Part shown: one piece after another, positions 20,105 to 30,220 of the stretch
How the letters are laid out: every line of letters starts with the position of its first letter
How positions within the stretch are numbered: the first letter of the stretch is position 1
Assembly: GCA_041494685.1 (NCBI GenBank)
Contig: JBGQBE010000018.1
Location: 1 to 54,063, forward strand
From: Dehalococcoidia bacterium
GTDB lineage: Bacteria > Chloroflexota > Dehalococcoidia > DSTF01 > JACRBR01
Direction of reading: 5' to 3'
DNA: 54,063 nt
The notes under the pieces: generated by a model
Seen by the model: only the letters and a program-made list of their open reading frames with translations
What the model was told of the DNA's origin: nothing
The model's database searches: none
Position numbers and translations under genes: made by a program

Positions 20105-21826
20105 ATGCGGCCGTGGAATTTCGTCGACGACCAGAACATACAGGAGATCGCGACGCTCCGGGACGACATCGAGCGGTTCGGCGAGGGGCTCCTGACCGCC
20201 GACGAACTGCGCCCGCGGCGCACGCTCTACGGCCTGTATGGGCAGCGGCACAAGGACCGCTACATGCTGCGCGTCAAGGTGCCGCAGGGCGTGCTCCTGG
20301 CGGAGCAACTCGAGGCGCTTGGGCGCGTCGCGGCAGAGCACTCACGGGGGTTCGGCTACGTCACCACCAGGCAGGACATCCAGTTCCACTTCTTGCTGCT
20401 GGAGCACGCGGTCCCCGCGTTGGAACTCCTGGCATCGGCCGGACTGACGACGCGGGAGGCGGGCGGGAACATCGTGCGGAACGTCACCTGCGACCCCTTC
20501 GCCGGCGTCTGCCGCGACGAAGTCTTCGACGTCACGGCGTACAGCCATGCGGTCAGCCGCCACTTCCTCCGCAATCCGAACGCTCAGTCGCTTCCCCGCA
20601 AGATCAAGATCGCGTTTTCCGGCTGCCCGCACGACCACGCCCTGACCTGGATCCACGACATCGGCGCGCAGGCCGTCATGCGGGACGGGAGACGCGGCTT
20701 CCGGGTGGTGGTCGGCGGGGGACTGGGCACGGTGCCGCACCTGGCGCAGACGCTCGACGAGTTCGTGCCAGATGACGAGTTGGTGCGCACGTGCGACGCG
20801 GTCGTGCGGGTGTTCGACCGGGTGGGCGACCGGAAGAAGCGCGTGCGCGCGCGCCTGAAGTTCGTCGTGATGCGCCGGGGGATCGAGGAGTTCCGCGAAC
20901 TCGTGCGCCAGGAGCTCACATCGATGCCGCCGGCCGTGAGCGATGCCTATGCGACTCCCGACCTGACCCTCGAGGAAGCGCCGCCGGCGTACGCGACCGC
21001 CGCTGCCACGGAGCGCCCGGCCGATGGATTCGAACTCTGGCGGACGGTGAACGTCGTCCCCCAGAAGCAGCCGGCCTGCTATGCCGTCCAGGTCGCGCTC
21101 CCAGCCGGCGCCGTCACGGCGGAGCAGTTCGCCGCCCTCGCGAGGATCGTGCGCCGCTTCGGCAACGGCTCGCTGCGCACGACGATCGAGCAGAACCTGC
21201 TGCTGCGCTGGGTGCGGGAGGCCGACCTCGTCGCGCTGCACCGGGCCCTCACCGACGGCGGGCTGGCGCTTCCCACCGCGGAGACGCTGCTCGACCCGGT
21301 CGCCTGCCCTGGCACTGAGACCTGTATGTCGGCGATCACGAGCGGAAAGGGGCTGGCGCGCGCGATCGTCGCCGAGTTCAGTCAGGACGGCTATCTCAAG
21401 GACCCGTTAGCCCGGGCGGGACGCATCAAAGTGAGCGGCTGCCCCAACTCCTGCGGCCAACACTATGCCGGCGACATTGGCCTGTACGGCGGCGCAATGC
21501 ACGTGGACGGCCGACTGATCCCGGTGTACCAGCTTCTTGTGGGCGGCGGCGACGGTGGCGCGCTGGCCGAGCCGGTGATGCGCATCGCCGCAAAGCGCGT
21601 GCCGCAGGCGCTACGCGCGCTGGTGGACCACTACCGCCGCACGCGGACGCCCGACGAGCCGCTGCGCGACTACCTCCGGCGTGCCGGCCCGGACGGCGTC
21701 CGCGACGCGCTGGCGCAGTACTCGCACCTGCCATCGTTCGTCGAGGACCCAACGGCGTACGTCGACTGGGAGATGGACAAGATCTTCTCGCTCGACGAGC
21801 GGGGCGAGGGCGAGTGCTCCGTATGA
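20105..21826 (+). CDS. Ferredoxin-nitrite/sulfite reductase hemoprotein
   Basis: YMLRVKVPQG, TTRQDIQ, LPRKIKIAFSGC, ACPGTETC and SGCPNSCGQH siroheme/4Fe-4S motifs. Confidence 0.92.
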   Translation: MRPWNFVDDQNIQEIATLRDDIERFGEGLLTADELRPRRTLYGLYGQRHKDRYMLRVKVPQGVLLAEQLEALGRVAAEHSRGFGYVTTRQDIQFHFLLLEHAVPALELLASAGLTTREAGGNIVRNVTCDPFAGVCRDEVFDVTAYSHAVSRHFLRNPNAQSLPRKIKIAFSGCPHDHALTWIHDIGAQAVMRDGRRGFRVVVGGGLGTVPHLAQTLDEFVPDDELVRTCDAVVRVFDRVGDRKKRVRARLKFVVMRRGIEEFRELVRQELTSMPPAVSDAYATPDLTLEEAPPAYATAAATERPADGFELWRTVNVVPQKQPACYAVQVALPAGAVTAEQFAALARIVRRFGNGSLRTTIEQNLLLRWVREADLVALHRALTDGGLALPTAETLLDPVACPGTETCMSAITSGKGLARAIVAEFSQDGYLKDPLARAGRIKVSGCPNSCGQHYAGDIGLYGGAMHVDGRLIPVYQLLVGGGDGGALAEPVMRIAAKRVPQALRALVDHYRRTRTPDEPLRDYLRRAGPDGVRDALAQYSHLPSFVEDPTAYVDWEMDKIFSLDERGEGECSV

Positions 21827-21916
21827 TGAGCGCGAGCGCGCAAGCGGCTGTCGCCTTCCCCGAAGACTTTCAACGGGACTCTGGCGCCGTCGCTCCTTTC
21901 GCCGCCCGCTCGTGAC

Positions 21917-21982
21917 GGGCATTGCCCCACACGGTTCCTGAGCATTGCCCGGCTGCGCGACATGGCATCTCGTTCGACAATG
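21917..21982 (+). promoter_or_regulatory. Conserved operator-promoter, copy 2
   Basis: GGGCATTGCCCCACACG-N11-TTGCCCGGCTG-N18-TCGACAATG. Confidence 0.6.
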
Positions 21983-22064
21983 AGAGCGACGCGTGAGTGT
22001 TCCTGCGCCAGCGATTGGGAGTCCTGAAGTCGGTCAGAAGTTGCGGACCGAAGGAGAGTGATTC

Positions 22065-22322
22065 ATGGAGAGTCTGATTGGGCTGTTGCCGTTCGGGCTG
22101 ATCGCGCTCGTGTGCCCCCTGGCCATGCTCTTCATGATGCGGGGCATGATGGGTGGCCACGGTGAACACGGGGGCCATGCGACCCCGAACGCCGAGTCCG
22201 ACCAGGCGACGGCGACAAGGCTGGCGGCGATGGAACAGGAGATCACGAGGCTGCGGGGCGAGCTCGACGCCGCCAGCAGGGTGGAAACGCTTGTGCGGGG
22301 ACGTAACGACGGGCACAGGTGA
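22065..22322 (+). CDS. Small membrane protein, DUF2933-like
   Basis: LVCPLAMLFMMRGMMGGH motif, His-rich linker, coiled tail; AAGGAG RBS. Confidence 0.7.
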   Translation: MESLIGLLPFGLIALVCPLAMLFMMRGMMGGHGEHGGHATPNAESDQATATRLAAMEQEITRLRGELDAASRVETLVRGRNDGHR

Positions 22323-22406
22323 CGAATCCGTCGCATCGCCGGATTCATCGAAGCGCCCATGCGGAGACACAACCAGGCCACTCGCTTCAGGAACTTGCGG
22401 CGGAGG

Positions 22407-23069
22407 TCAGGTCTTGACGCCGCGTGCGATGTAGGCCGTGCCCCAGAGCCGCTCCTCAATCTCAAGGGGCCCTAGTCGCCCCTGGAGGTGGGCCCACGGC
22501 CGGTCGAACCCGTCGAGATTCGAGATCGCCGTTCGCGAGTAGGTCTCCGTCACGGCGTTGAGGGCCAGCCCGCACAAGCCGGTCGTGCGCTTCGCGCCCG
22601 CCGCGACGATCCGGCCGCCCGGCCGCAGCGCGGCCGTGGCGGTCTCGATCGCTGCGTCGGATTGCATGATGTCGTGCGTGTAGAAGCAGAGCACGGCATC
22701 GACCGATTCGGGGGCCAGCGCCGCGCTTGCTGCATCCGCCTCGACGAGGCGGACGTTCGTCCAGCCGTGGTGCGCGACGAGCCGCCGCGCACGCGCGAGC
22801 ATGTCAGGGCTGGCGTCTACGCCGATCACGCGACCGTCGCGGCCGACTGCGCGCTGCAGCATGCCGACGCTGAGGCCGGTGCCGCAGCCAAGGTCGAGTA
22901 CGGACTCACCGGGCCGAAGGTTGAGCCGTGCGACGGCCCGCGCGCGCACGCGGCGCAGCGGACGGTCGACCAGGTTGTAGAAGACGGAGTTGCGCTTGTA
23001 CTTGCGCCTGATAGCTTCGATGTCCACGGTGTACTCCCTTGCGATGGCAGCATGAACGGCAGGCGTCAC
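22407..23069 (-). CDS. Class I SAM-dependent methyltransferase
   Basis: VLDLGCGTG, GVDASPDML, LRPGGR. Confidence 0.88.
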   Translation of the reverse strand: MTPAVHAAIAREYTVDIEAIRRKYKRNSVFYNLVDRPLRRVRARAVARLNLRPGESVLDLGCGTGLSVGMLQRAVGRDGRVIGVDASPDMLARARRLVAHHGWTNVRLVEADAASAALAPESVDAVLCFYTHDIMQSDAAIETATAALRPGGRIVAAGAKRTTGLCGLALNAVTETYSRTAISNLDGFDRPWAHLQGRLGPLEIEERLWGTAYIARGVKT

Positions 23070-23929
23070 GGCGTGGCGGGCGCCGGTGTCGCGCCGCTTG
23101 TGAATCGCTCCGGCGACTGCTGAAACTCCCAGCTGCAGCCACGCGAACAGAAGTAGTACGTCCGGCCTTCATGTTCGAGCGTGACGGAGGTGTCCGTCTC
23201 CACGCTTGCGCCGCAGACCGGGTCGCGGACAAGCTGGCCGATGTCCTTGATGCGCCCGTCCTCCAGCCAGAGCACGCGGTCCGCGACCTCGCGGATGCGC
23301 TGGTCATGGCTCACCACGACGACCGCGCGCTCGCCGGTGCGTGAGAGGTCGCGCAGCAGGTGCATGACCTCGCGCCCGTGCTTCGAGTCGAGGTTGGCCG
23401 TCGGCTCGTCGGCCAGCAACAGCCGCGGCTCGTTGGCGAGCGCGCGCGCGATCGAGACGCGCTGCTTCTCGCCGCCGGAGAGGTTGCGGCTGCGGAACTT
23501 CAGACGATGGCCGAGCCCCTGCTGTTCGAGCAGCGCACGCGCGCGACTGCTCGCCGCGCGCCCGCTCACGCCCGCCATGTTGAGGGCGAGCTCGACGTTC
23601 TCCTGGACGCTGAGCGATTCCCAGAGGTTGAACGACTGGAAGATGAAGCCGACGCTGGTGCGGCGGATCGGTGTCAGCTGGGACTCCTTCACGGCGGTGA
23701 TGTCGACGCCGCCGATGTCGATCGTGCCCGATGTCGGGCGCAGCAGCCCGCCGAGCATCGTGAGCAGCGTCGTCTTGCCGGAGCCCGATGGGCCCATGAT
23801 CAGCAGCATCTCGCCGGCGCACACGCGCAGGTCCACGCCGTCGACGGCGCGCACCTGGCTGTCGCCTTCTCCGAAGACCTTCATAAGCGCCGTCGCGCGC
23901 AGGATCTGCCGCTCGTCGCAGTCGTTCAT
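23066..23929 (-). CDS. LolD/MacB-type ABC ATPase with a C-terminal YHS domain
   Basis: GPSGSGKT, LSGGEKQR, LADEPT, SHD; C-terminus RDPVCG...YYFCSRGC. Confidence 0.92.
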   Translation of the reverse strand: MNDCDERQILRATALMKVFGEGDSQVRAVDGVDLRVCAGEMLLIMGPSGSGKTTLLTMLGGLLRPTSGTIDIGGVDITAVKESQLTPIRRTSVGFIFQSFNLWESLSVQENVELALNMAGVSGRAASSRARALLEQQGLGHRLKFRSRNLSGGEKQRVSIARALANEPRLLLADEPTANLDSKHGREVMHLLRDLSRTGERAVVVVSHDQRIREVADRVLWLEDGRIKDIGQLVRDPVCGASVETDTSVTLEHEGRTYYFCSRGCSWEFQQSPERFTSGATPAPATP

Positions 23930-23931
23930 CG

Positions 23932-25032
23932 CTATGCCCTGAATACGATGGCCGGGTCGATGCTGTTGATGCGCCGCACCGGCATGAACGACGCCAGCAC
24001 AGCCATGAAGACGGCGGCGACGAAGACGCCGGCAAGGTCGGCCAGTTGGAAGTCCGTGGCGAACTCCGGCACCGCTTCGATGGCGAGTTGCGCCACGCCC
24101 CACGCGCCGAGCGTTCCGACGACGAACCCGGCGGCCGTGAGCATCGCCGCTTGCGAGAGCACGATGCGGTACAGGAAGCCGCCCGAGCCGCCGACCGCCT
24201 TCATGACGCCGAACTCGCGCGTCCGTTCGATCGTGGCCGTATAGATCGTCAGGCCGACGACCGCCGCGCCAACGATGAACCCGATCGCGACGAGGATGGA
24301 GATCACCGGCAGGAACGTCTCGTCCATCTCCTTGCTGATCGACGCCGCGAACGCCTCTTTCGTGTAGACCTGCAGTCCCGGATCGCGCTCTACGATCGCC
24401 TGCGCTACCGCTTGCGGGGCGGCGCCTGGTTCGAGGATCACCATGCCGTACATGACGACGTCGCCCACCCCGAAGATGCGTTGCGCGTCGGCGAAGTTGA
24501 CCCAGACGAACTGGAACAGGACCTCCGGGCTTCGCGGCCGCACGCGCTCGATCTTAAGCGACTCCGTCCCGAACCGCGCCGTGTCACCGGTGGAAAGACC
24601 CGTCTTGCGGCGGAGCGTGTCGTCGATGATCACGGCGCCCTCGGGCGGGAGGTACCGCTCGCGGAGGTCGCCCGAGGCGAGATCCGCGGGGACGTCCAGC
24701 GCCATCAGGCGGGCGGAGACCTGCGTGCCGCCGGCGTCGAAGTTCATGGACCGCGCCAGCACCGGCACGGTCGCCCGCACGCCGGGAACCTGCGTGTCGG
24801 TGGCCAGCCGCATACGGTCGATGAGCGAGATGGAGTGGAATGGATCGCTCGTGCCGCGCTGCACGACCCAGAGCTGCCCCGGCAGGTCTCGGAATGTCTG
24901 TCCCGTGCGGTTGAAGCCGCGGTAGAGCGCCAGGACGATGAGGATGAGCAGCACCGCGAAGGCGACACCGGCGACCGAGATCGCGAAGCGGCCCTTTTCG
25001 GCGAACAGGTTGCGGCGCGCGACAGGGACCAT
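23932..25032 (-). CDS. FtsX/MacB-type ABC permease
   Basis: ARRNL start, ERTREFGVMKAVG, PVRRINSIDPAIVFR. Confidence 0.9.
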   Translation of the reverse strand: MVPVARRNLFAEKGRFAISVAGVAFAVLLILIVLALYRGFNRTGQTFRDLPGQLWVVQRGTSDPFHSISLIDRMRLATDTQVPGVRATVPVLARSMNFDAGGTQVSARLMALDVPADLASGDLRERYLPPEGAVIIDDTLRRKTGLSTGDTARFGTESLKIERVRPRSPEVLFQFVWVNFADAQRIFGVGDVVMYGMVILEPGAAPQAVAQAIVERDPGLQVYTKEAFAASISKEMDETFLPVISILVAIGFIVGAAVVGLTIYTATIERTREFGVMKAVGGSGGFLYRIVLSQAAMLTAAGFVVGTLGAWGVAQLAIEAVPEFATDFQLADLAGVFVAAVFMAVLASFMPVRRINSIDPAIVFRA

Positions 25033-25034
25033 CG

Positions 25035-25685
25035 TCACGCCTCTGTTGCGGGCTTGCGCGCTTCGATCAGCTTGACGATGCCGAACGCGTGGCTGGACGC
25101 GTCGAAGTCCTGTACGCCGGCGCGGCGCAAGTTCTCCAGCGTGCGGCGATTGATGTTCGCGCCGGACATCCGCACCATCAGCGGGTTCACCGCGTCCATG
25201 AGCTTGCCCAGCACCGCGTTGTCGCTGCGCACGTGCTCGAGCAGCAGGAGCCTGCCGCCGGGCTTCAGGACGCGCCACGCCTCGCGCAGCCCCGCGACCG
25301 GATCGGGCACGGAACAGAACACACACGTGGAGACGACCGCGTCGAACGTGGCGTCCGGGAAATTGAGATGCTGTGCGTCCATCAGCGCGAGGTCAACTCC
25401 GGAGTGCAGCCGCGCGGCGCGATGCTGCGCGCGGGCGAGCATCCGCTCGGAGATATCGATGGCGGTGACGCGCGCGCCCGGCGGGTGATAGCCGATATTA
25501 ACGCCGGTGCCGACGCCGACCTCCAGGATGCGTCCGGTCGCCGACGCCTTCGTCCAGAGCTGCTTGCGCAGACTCCTGAAGAGGAGTCTCTCGCCGACCG
25601 CCTGCTCGACATCGTAGAAGCGGGCTGCGCGGTTGTACCGCCTACGGGCTGTTTCGGTATCGCCGCTTTGGGCCGTGGTAGCCAT
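25035..25685 (-). CDS. Class I SAM-dependent methyltransferase
   Basis: ILEVGVGTG, FCSVPDP, LKPGG, LLEHVRS. Confidence 0.9.
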   Translation of the reverse strand: MATTAQSGDTETARRRYNRAARFYDVEQAVGERLLFRSLRKQLWTKASATGRILEVGVGTGVNIGYHPPGARVTAIDISERMLARAQHRAARLHSGVDLALMDAQHLNFPDATFDAVVSTCVFCSVPDPVAGLREAWRVLKPGGRLLLLEHVRSDNAVLGKLMDAVNPLMVRMSGANINRRTLENLRRAGVQDFDASSHAFGIVKLIEARKPATEA

Positions 25686-25704
25686 GGCTGCTTCCTCTCC
25701 GTGA

Positions 25705-25944
25705 TTACGCCTCGTCGAGCTTCTGGCAGGCGTCGGTTTCATAGCCCAGTGCCCGTATGGCGTCAGCGATCCTGTGAACCGGCAGCCTGCGTGGTTCATA
25801 CGTCAGGTAGGCCGTCTCCGTCGCGGGGTTCACGTACGCCTCCACGACGCCGTCGAGCTCCCTCAACACGTGCTCGATCGTCAGGGCGCCGCAGCCGCCG
25901 AGGCTCAGGTCGAAGATCGGGAGCGATACCTTCGCCGTCTCCAT
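25705..25944 (-). CDS. HMA-fold metal-binding protein with a degenerate Cys motif
   Basis: DLSLGGCGALTIE...GVVEAYVNPATETAYLTY...ALGY resembles the HMA fold. Confidence 0.7.
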   Translation of the reverse strand: METAKVSLPIFDLSLGGCGALTIEHVLRELDGVVEAYVNPATETAYLTYEPRRLPVHRIADAIRALGYETDACQKLDEA

Positions 25945-26206
25945 TTCGGTCCCTGTCTGTCGTTCGGTCAGCGGCCGCATTGCCGCATCATTCGTCCATG
26001 CATGAAGAGCACGTCGGCACCACACCACGGTAATAGTGCCGGGGAGTATTCGTGAGTGCCGAAGGGGCACGTTCCGGGGGAGCCGATCGGCATGACTTGG
26101 CGAACCTGCGGCACTCGAACCGGCGCATTTGGGCCGGTCGGCCCTTATGAGCGACAAGGCGGCCCCATAAGGTGAGGGGGAGTATCGGAGAGAAGGAGCA
26201 ATCACT

Positions 26207-26461
26207 ATGTGGCACACGAATGATGGCATGGGTTGGTGGATGGTGTTCATGGGCATCTTCTGGATCTTGTTCTGGGCATCGCTGATCTACCTGTTCGTGG
26301 TCGCGATCGTGCGTCCTGAGCGGGGACACCAGCCGGACGCTGACGGGGACGCGCTCGACATCGCCAAGCGGCGGCTGGCCCGCGGCGAGATCAGCACCGC
26401 GGAGTTCCAGGAGATCCGCCGGCATCTCGAAGGGAATGCATCCGGGCCGCAACCCTCGTGA
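26207..26461 (+). CDS. SHOCT-domain small membrane protein
   Basis: GMGWW TM, ALDIAKRRLARGEISTAEF. Confidence 0.85.
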   Translation: MWHTNDGMGWWMVFMGIFWILFWASLIYLFVVAIVRPERGHQPDADGDALDIAKRRLARGEISTAEFQEIRRHLEGNASGPQPS

Positions 26462-26473
26462 GGCGTTGATCAC

Positions 26474-28879
26474 ATGGCTCATCTGCATCAGCAACAGGCC
26501 TCGGATCCCGGCCGCCTGACGCTCGCCGTTACGAATCTCTACTGCGTCTGCTGCGCCGAGGAGCTCAACGCCCGACTGCGCGCAGAGCCGCACATCACTC
26601 GCGCGCGCGTCGACGTTCAGGCGAAGACGGTCGATGTCGAGTACCACGCCAACATGATCGATGAGGTGCGGATTCGCGCGCTGGTCGACGGGAGCCGGCG
26701 CTGCACATGCACGCCGGGCGATCCGGCGTCAGAGATGACGCATATCGGCCACCGTGCGCAGATGGCGCCGCTCACGATGGGCGGCACGCACGACAAGATG
26801 CAGTACGAGATGCCGTCCACGGCGGCGCATTCGGAACACGATGCCGGGCACGCGAAGGCCATGTCGCACGCGGGCATGGACCACGACATGTCCGACCCGA
26901 AGATGGCGAAGGCGATGGAGCGGGACATACGCGACCGCTTCTTCGTCGCCCTGCTGCTGACGATCCCGACCGTCCTCTATTCGCCACTCGGTTCGGACTT
27001 CCTGCACGTCAACCTTCCGACCGGGCCGCTCGCGATGAACTGGATCATGCTCATCCTTTCGACGCCGGTGGTCTGGTGGGCCGGCTGGATCTTCATCGCC
27101 GGCGCCGTCCGGTCCCTGCGCCACCGCTCGCTGAACATGAGCGTCCTCATTGCGACGGGAGTCCTGGCGGCGTGGGGGTTCAGCGTCGTCATCACGCTCG
27201 GCGACCTCGGAGAGACGTTCTTCGAGGCGGCGGCGATGCTGGTCACGTTCGTGCTCTTCGGGCACTGGATGGAGATGAAGTCGCGCCGCGGGACGACCGA
27301 CGCCTTGAGGGCGCTGTTCGACCTGGTGCCGCCGAAGGCAACGGTGATCCGCAACGGCGCCGAGATCGAGATCGCTACGAGCGAGATCGTCGTCGACGAC
27401 CGCGTCGTGCTCCGGCCGGGTGACAAGGTCCCGGTCGACGGCGTGATCGAGTCTGGGCAGACCGCGATCGACGAAGCGCTCGTCACCGGCGAATCGGTCC
27501 CGAAGGACAAAGGCCCAGGCGACGAGGTGATCGGCGGCTCGATCAACAAGACCGGCTCGGTGACTTTCAATGCTACGAGGGTTGGCGCCGAGACGGCGCT
27601 CGCCCAGATCGTCAAGCTCGTCGAGGAAGCGCAGAGTTCCAAGGCGCCAGGCCAGCGGCTCGCCGATCAGGCGGCGCAATACCTCGTGATCCTCGCCGTC
27701 GGATCCGGGATCGTCACGTTCGTCGCGTGGTACGTTGGGGCGGGAGAGACCGCACTGCTGTCCCTGACCTTCGCTATCTCGGCCGTCGTGATCGCCTGTC
27801 CCGACGCGCTCGGGCTGGCGACGCCGACCGCCGTTGCCGTGGGCACCGGCCTCGGCGCCAAGCACAACATCCTGATCAAGGACGCTACGACCCTGGAGGG
27901 CGTCTCACGCGTGACGGCCGTCGTCCTCGACAAGACGGGCACGCTGACCGAAGGCAAACCGCAGGTGACCGCCGTGGTCGCGCAGGGGATCGAAGAGAAT
28001 GAGCTGCTTCGGCTTGCGGCATCTGCCGAGGGCGGCAGCGAGCACCCCCTCGCCCAGGCCATCGTACAAGGCGCACGCTCCCGCTCGATCAGCGTGCCGG
28101 CAGCGGAATCGTTTATCTCCGTCGCCGGCATGGGGCTGGAAGCCACGGTCGACGGACACCGGCTGCTGGTAGGAAACCGCAAGCTGATGGAGGACCGTGG
28201 GCTGTCGCTGGATGGGCTACTGTCCAACGCAACGGACTTGGCCGAGCGGGGGAATACGCCGATGTTCGTGGCCGTAGACGGCAAACTTGCCGGCATCGTC
28301 GCGGTGGCCGACACGATCAAGCCCACCGCACAACGGACCGTGGAGCGCCTGAAGGAACTCGGCATCGAGCCGGTGATGATGACGGGCGATAACGAGCGGA
28401 CAGCCAAGTCCATCGCTTCGCAGCTCGGCATCGACCGTGTCTTCGCCGATGTCCTACCGGCGGACAAGGCGCGCTACGTGAAGCAACTGCAGGACGAGGG
28501 AAAGGTCGTCGCGATGGTCGGTGATGGTGTCAACGACGCTCCGGCGCTCGCCCAGGCGGACGTCGGCATCGCCATCGGCGCCGGCACCGACGTGGCCATC
28601 GAGACCGCGCGCATCGTGCTGATGAAGAGCGACCCGCTCGACGTGCTGCGCGCGATCCGGCTCAGCAAGGCGACGGTGACGAAGATGAAGCAGAACCTCT
28701 TCTGGGCGAGCATCTACAACGTCCTCGCCATCCCCATCGCCGCCGGAGTGCTCTATCCTTCGTTCAGCATCGAGCTGCGGCCGGAATGGGCGGCGCTACT
28801 GATGTCGGTAAGCTCAATCATCGTCGCGACGAACGCGGTGCTCCTCAAGCGCGTCGATCGCAAGCTCGTGGAGCCGTAG
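26474..28879 (+). CDS. Heavy-metal (Cu-type) P1B ATPase
   Basis: N-terminal HMA (CVCC), His/Met-rich region, TGES, ACPDALGL, DKTGT, SEHP, GDGVND, YN and MxxSS. Confidence 0.95.
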   Translation: MAHLHQQQASDPGRLTLAVTNLYCVCCAEELNARLRAEPHITRARVDVQAKTVDVEYHANMIDEVRIRALVDGSRRCTCTPGDPASEMTHIGHRAQMAPLTMGGTHDKMQYEMPSTAAHSEHDAGHAKAMSHAGMDHDMSDPKMAKAMERDIRDRFFVALLLTIPTVLYSPLGSDFLHVNLPTGPLAMNWIMLILSTPVVWWAGWIFIAGAVRSLRHRSLNMSVLIATGVLAAWGFSVVITLGDLGETFFEAAAMLVTFVLFGHWMEMKSRRGTTDALRALFDLVPPKATVIRNGAEIEIATSEIVVDDRVVLRPGDKVPVDGVIESGQTAIDEALVTGESVPKDKGPGDEVIGGSINKTGSVTFNATRVGAETALAQIVKLVEEAQSSKAPGQRLADQAAQYLVILAVGSGIVTFVAWYVGAGETALLSLTFAISAVVIACPDALGLATPTAVAVGTGLGAKHNILIKDATTLEGVSRVTAVVLDKTGTLTEGKPQVTAVVAQGIEENELLRLAASAEGGSEHPLAQAIVQGARSRSISVPAAESFISVAGMGLEATVDGHRLLVGNRKLMEDRGLSLDGLLSNATDLAERGNTPMFVAVDGKLAGIVAVADTIKPTAQRTVERLKELGIEPVMMTGDNERTAKSIASQLGIDRVFADVLPADKARYVKQLQDEGKVVAMVGDGVNDAPALAQADVGIAIGAGTDVAIETARIVLMKSDPLDVLRAIRLSKATVTKMKQNLFWASIYNVLAIPIAAGVLYPSFSIELRPEWAALLMSVSSIIVATNAVLLKRVDRKLVEP

Positions 28880-28960
28880 CCGGCCTCGCTGTCCTGGCGA
28901 CAGGTACGTATCAGCCGGCCGCGTCGCTCCGCGAGGCGACAGCCGAGGAGGGGACATCTG

Positions 28961-30220
28961 ATGCTGCGATTCGTCGACACCGCCACCCAGAGCATCGACC
29001 CCTACGTCGAACTCGTGCCCGCGGAGCAGCTCGAACGCGTCAGAGAGCTCGCTCGCGAACTGCGGGGCGCGCGCATCCTCCAACTGAACGCGACGGGGTA
29101 CGGCGGTGGCGTGGCTGAGCTGCTCAACTCCCTCGTCCCGCTCGAGAAGGGCTTGGGGCTCGACGTGACGTGGGGTGTGATCGTGGCGGAGCCGGCGTTC
29201 TTCGCGCTGACGAAGCGACTGCACAACGCACTGCAGGGCGCACCGCTGTTTGACGTCGCGCCCGACGAGCTCGCTGCCTACCTGCGGCACAATGGCCACG
29301 TCGCGGAGGCCATCCGCGGCAAGTATGACGTTGTCGTGGTCCACGACCCGCAGCCGGCGCCCGTGCGGCAACTGGCGAAAGACGGCACCGTTCGTTGGAT
29401 CTGGCGCGTGCACATCGACCTCTCCGCGTACAACCGCGCGGCGTGGCAGTTTCTCGATGAGTACGTCCAGCCGTACGACGCGTTCGTCTTCACCATGCCG
29501 GAGTTCGTGCCGGAGCCACTCGACCGCTCGCGTGTGCGGTGCTTCGCGCCGGCGATCGACCCGCTCAGTCCCAAGAACATGGCGCTGCCGGCTGACCTGC
29601 GCGACCGCATCGTACGCTGGACCGGCGTGCAACTTGACCGGCCACTCCTCACGCAGGTCTCGCGCTTTGACCCGTGGAAGGACCCCCTCGGCGTCATCCG
29701 TGTCTACCGGGAGCTCCGCGAGAAGCACAAGGGTCTGCAGTTGGCGCTGCTCGGCTCGATGGCGCTCGATGACCCCGAGGGCTGGAGCATCTACGAGAAG
29801 ATCACGAAGGACGTCGAGGGCGACCCCGAGATCCACGTCGCCAGTAACTTCACCGGCATCGGCAACCTCGAGGTGAACGCCTTCCAGTCGGCGTCCGACG
29901 TCGTCATACAGAAGTCGATCCGGGAAGGGTTCGGGCTGATCGTCTCGGAGACGCTCTGGAAGGGCACGCCGATCGTCGCCGGACGCACGGGCGGCATCCC
30001 GATGCAGATGTCCGACGGCGAAGGCGGGTTCCTCGTGTCGCGAGAGGAAGACTGGGTGCCGCGCATCGATGCGCTGCTCTCTGACCGCAACGAGGCACGC
30101 CGCATCGGCGGGCTGGGCCGGGAGCGCGTGCGGCAGCACTTCCTGATCACACGGCTGCTGGAAGATGAGCTTGGCTTGATGGCCGGGATTCGTTCCGCTC
30201 CGGAGACCACCGCGTCATGA
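28961..30220 (+). CDS. TreT-like glycosyltransferase (GT4)
   Basis: GGGVAELL, HDPQP, WRxHID, QVSRFDPWKDP, QKSIREGFGL. Confidence 0.88.
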   Translation: MLRFVDTATQSIDPYVELVPAEQLERVRELARELRGARILQLNATGYGGGVAELLNSLVPLEKGLGLDVTWGVIVAEPAFFALTKRLHNALQGAPLFDVAPDELAAYLRHNGHVAEAIRGKYDVVVVHDPQPAPVRQLAKDGTVRWIWRVHIDLSAYNRAAWQFLDEYVQPYDAFVFTMPEFVPEPLDRSRVRCFAPAIDPLSPKNMALPADLRDRIVRWTGVQLDRPLLTQVSRFDPWKDPLGVIRVYRELREKHKGLQLALLGSMALDDPEGWSIYEKITKDVEGDPEIHVASNFTGIGNLEVNAFQSASDVVIQKSIREGFGLIVSETLWKGTPIVAGRTGGIPMQMSDGEGGFLVSREEDWVPRIDALLSDRNEARRIGGLGRERVRQHFLITRLLEDELGLMAGIRSAPETTAS

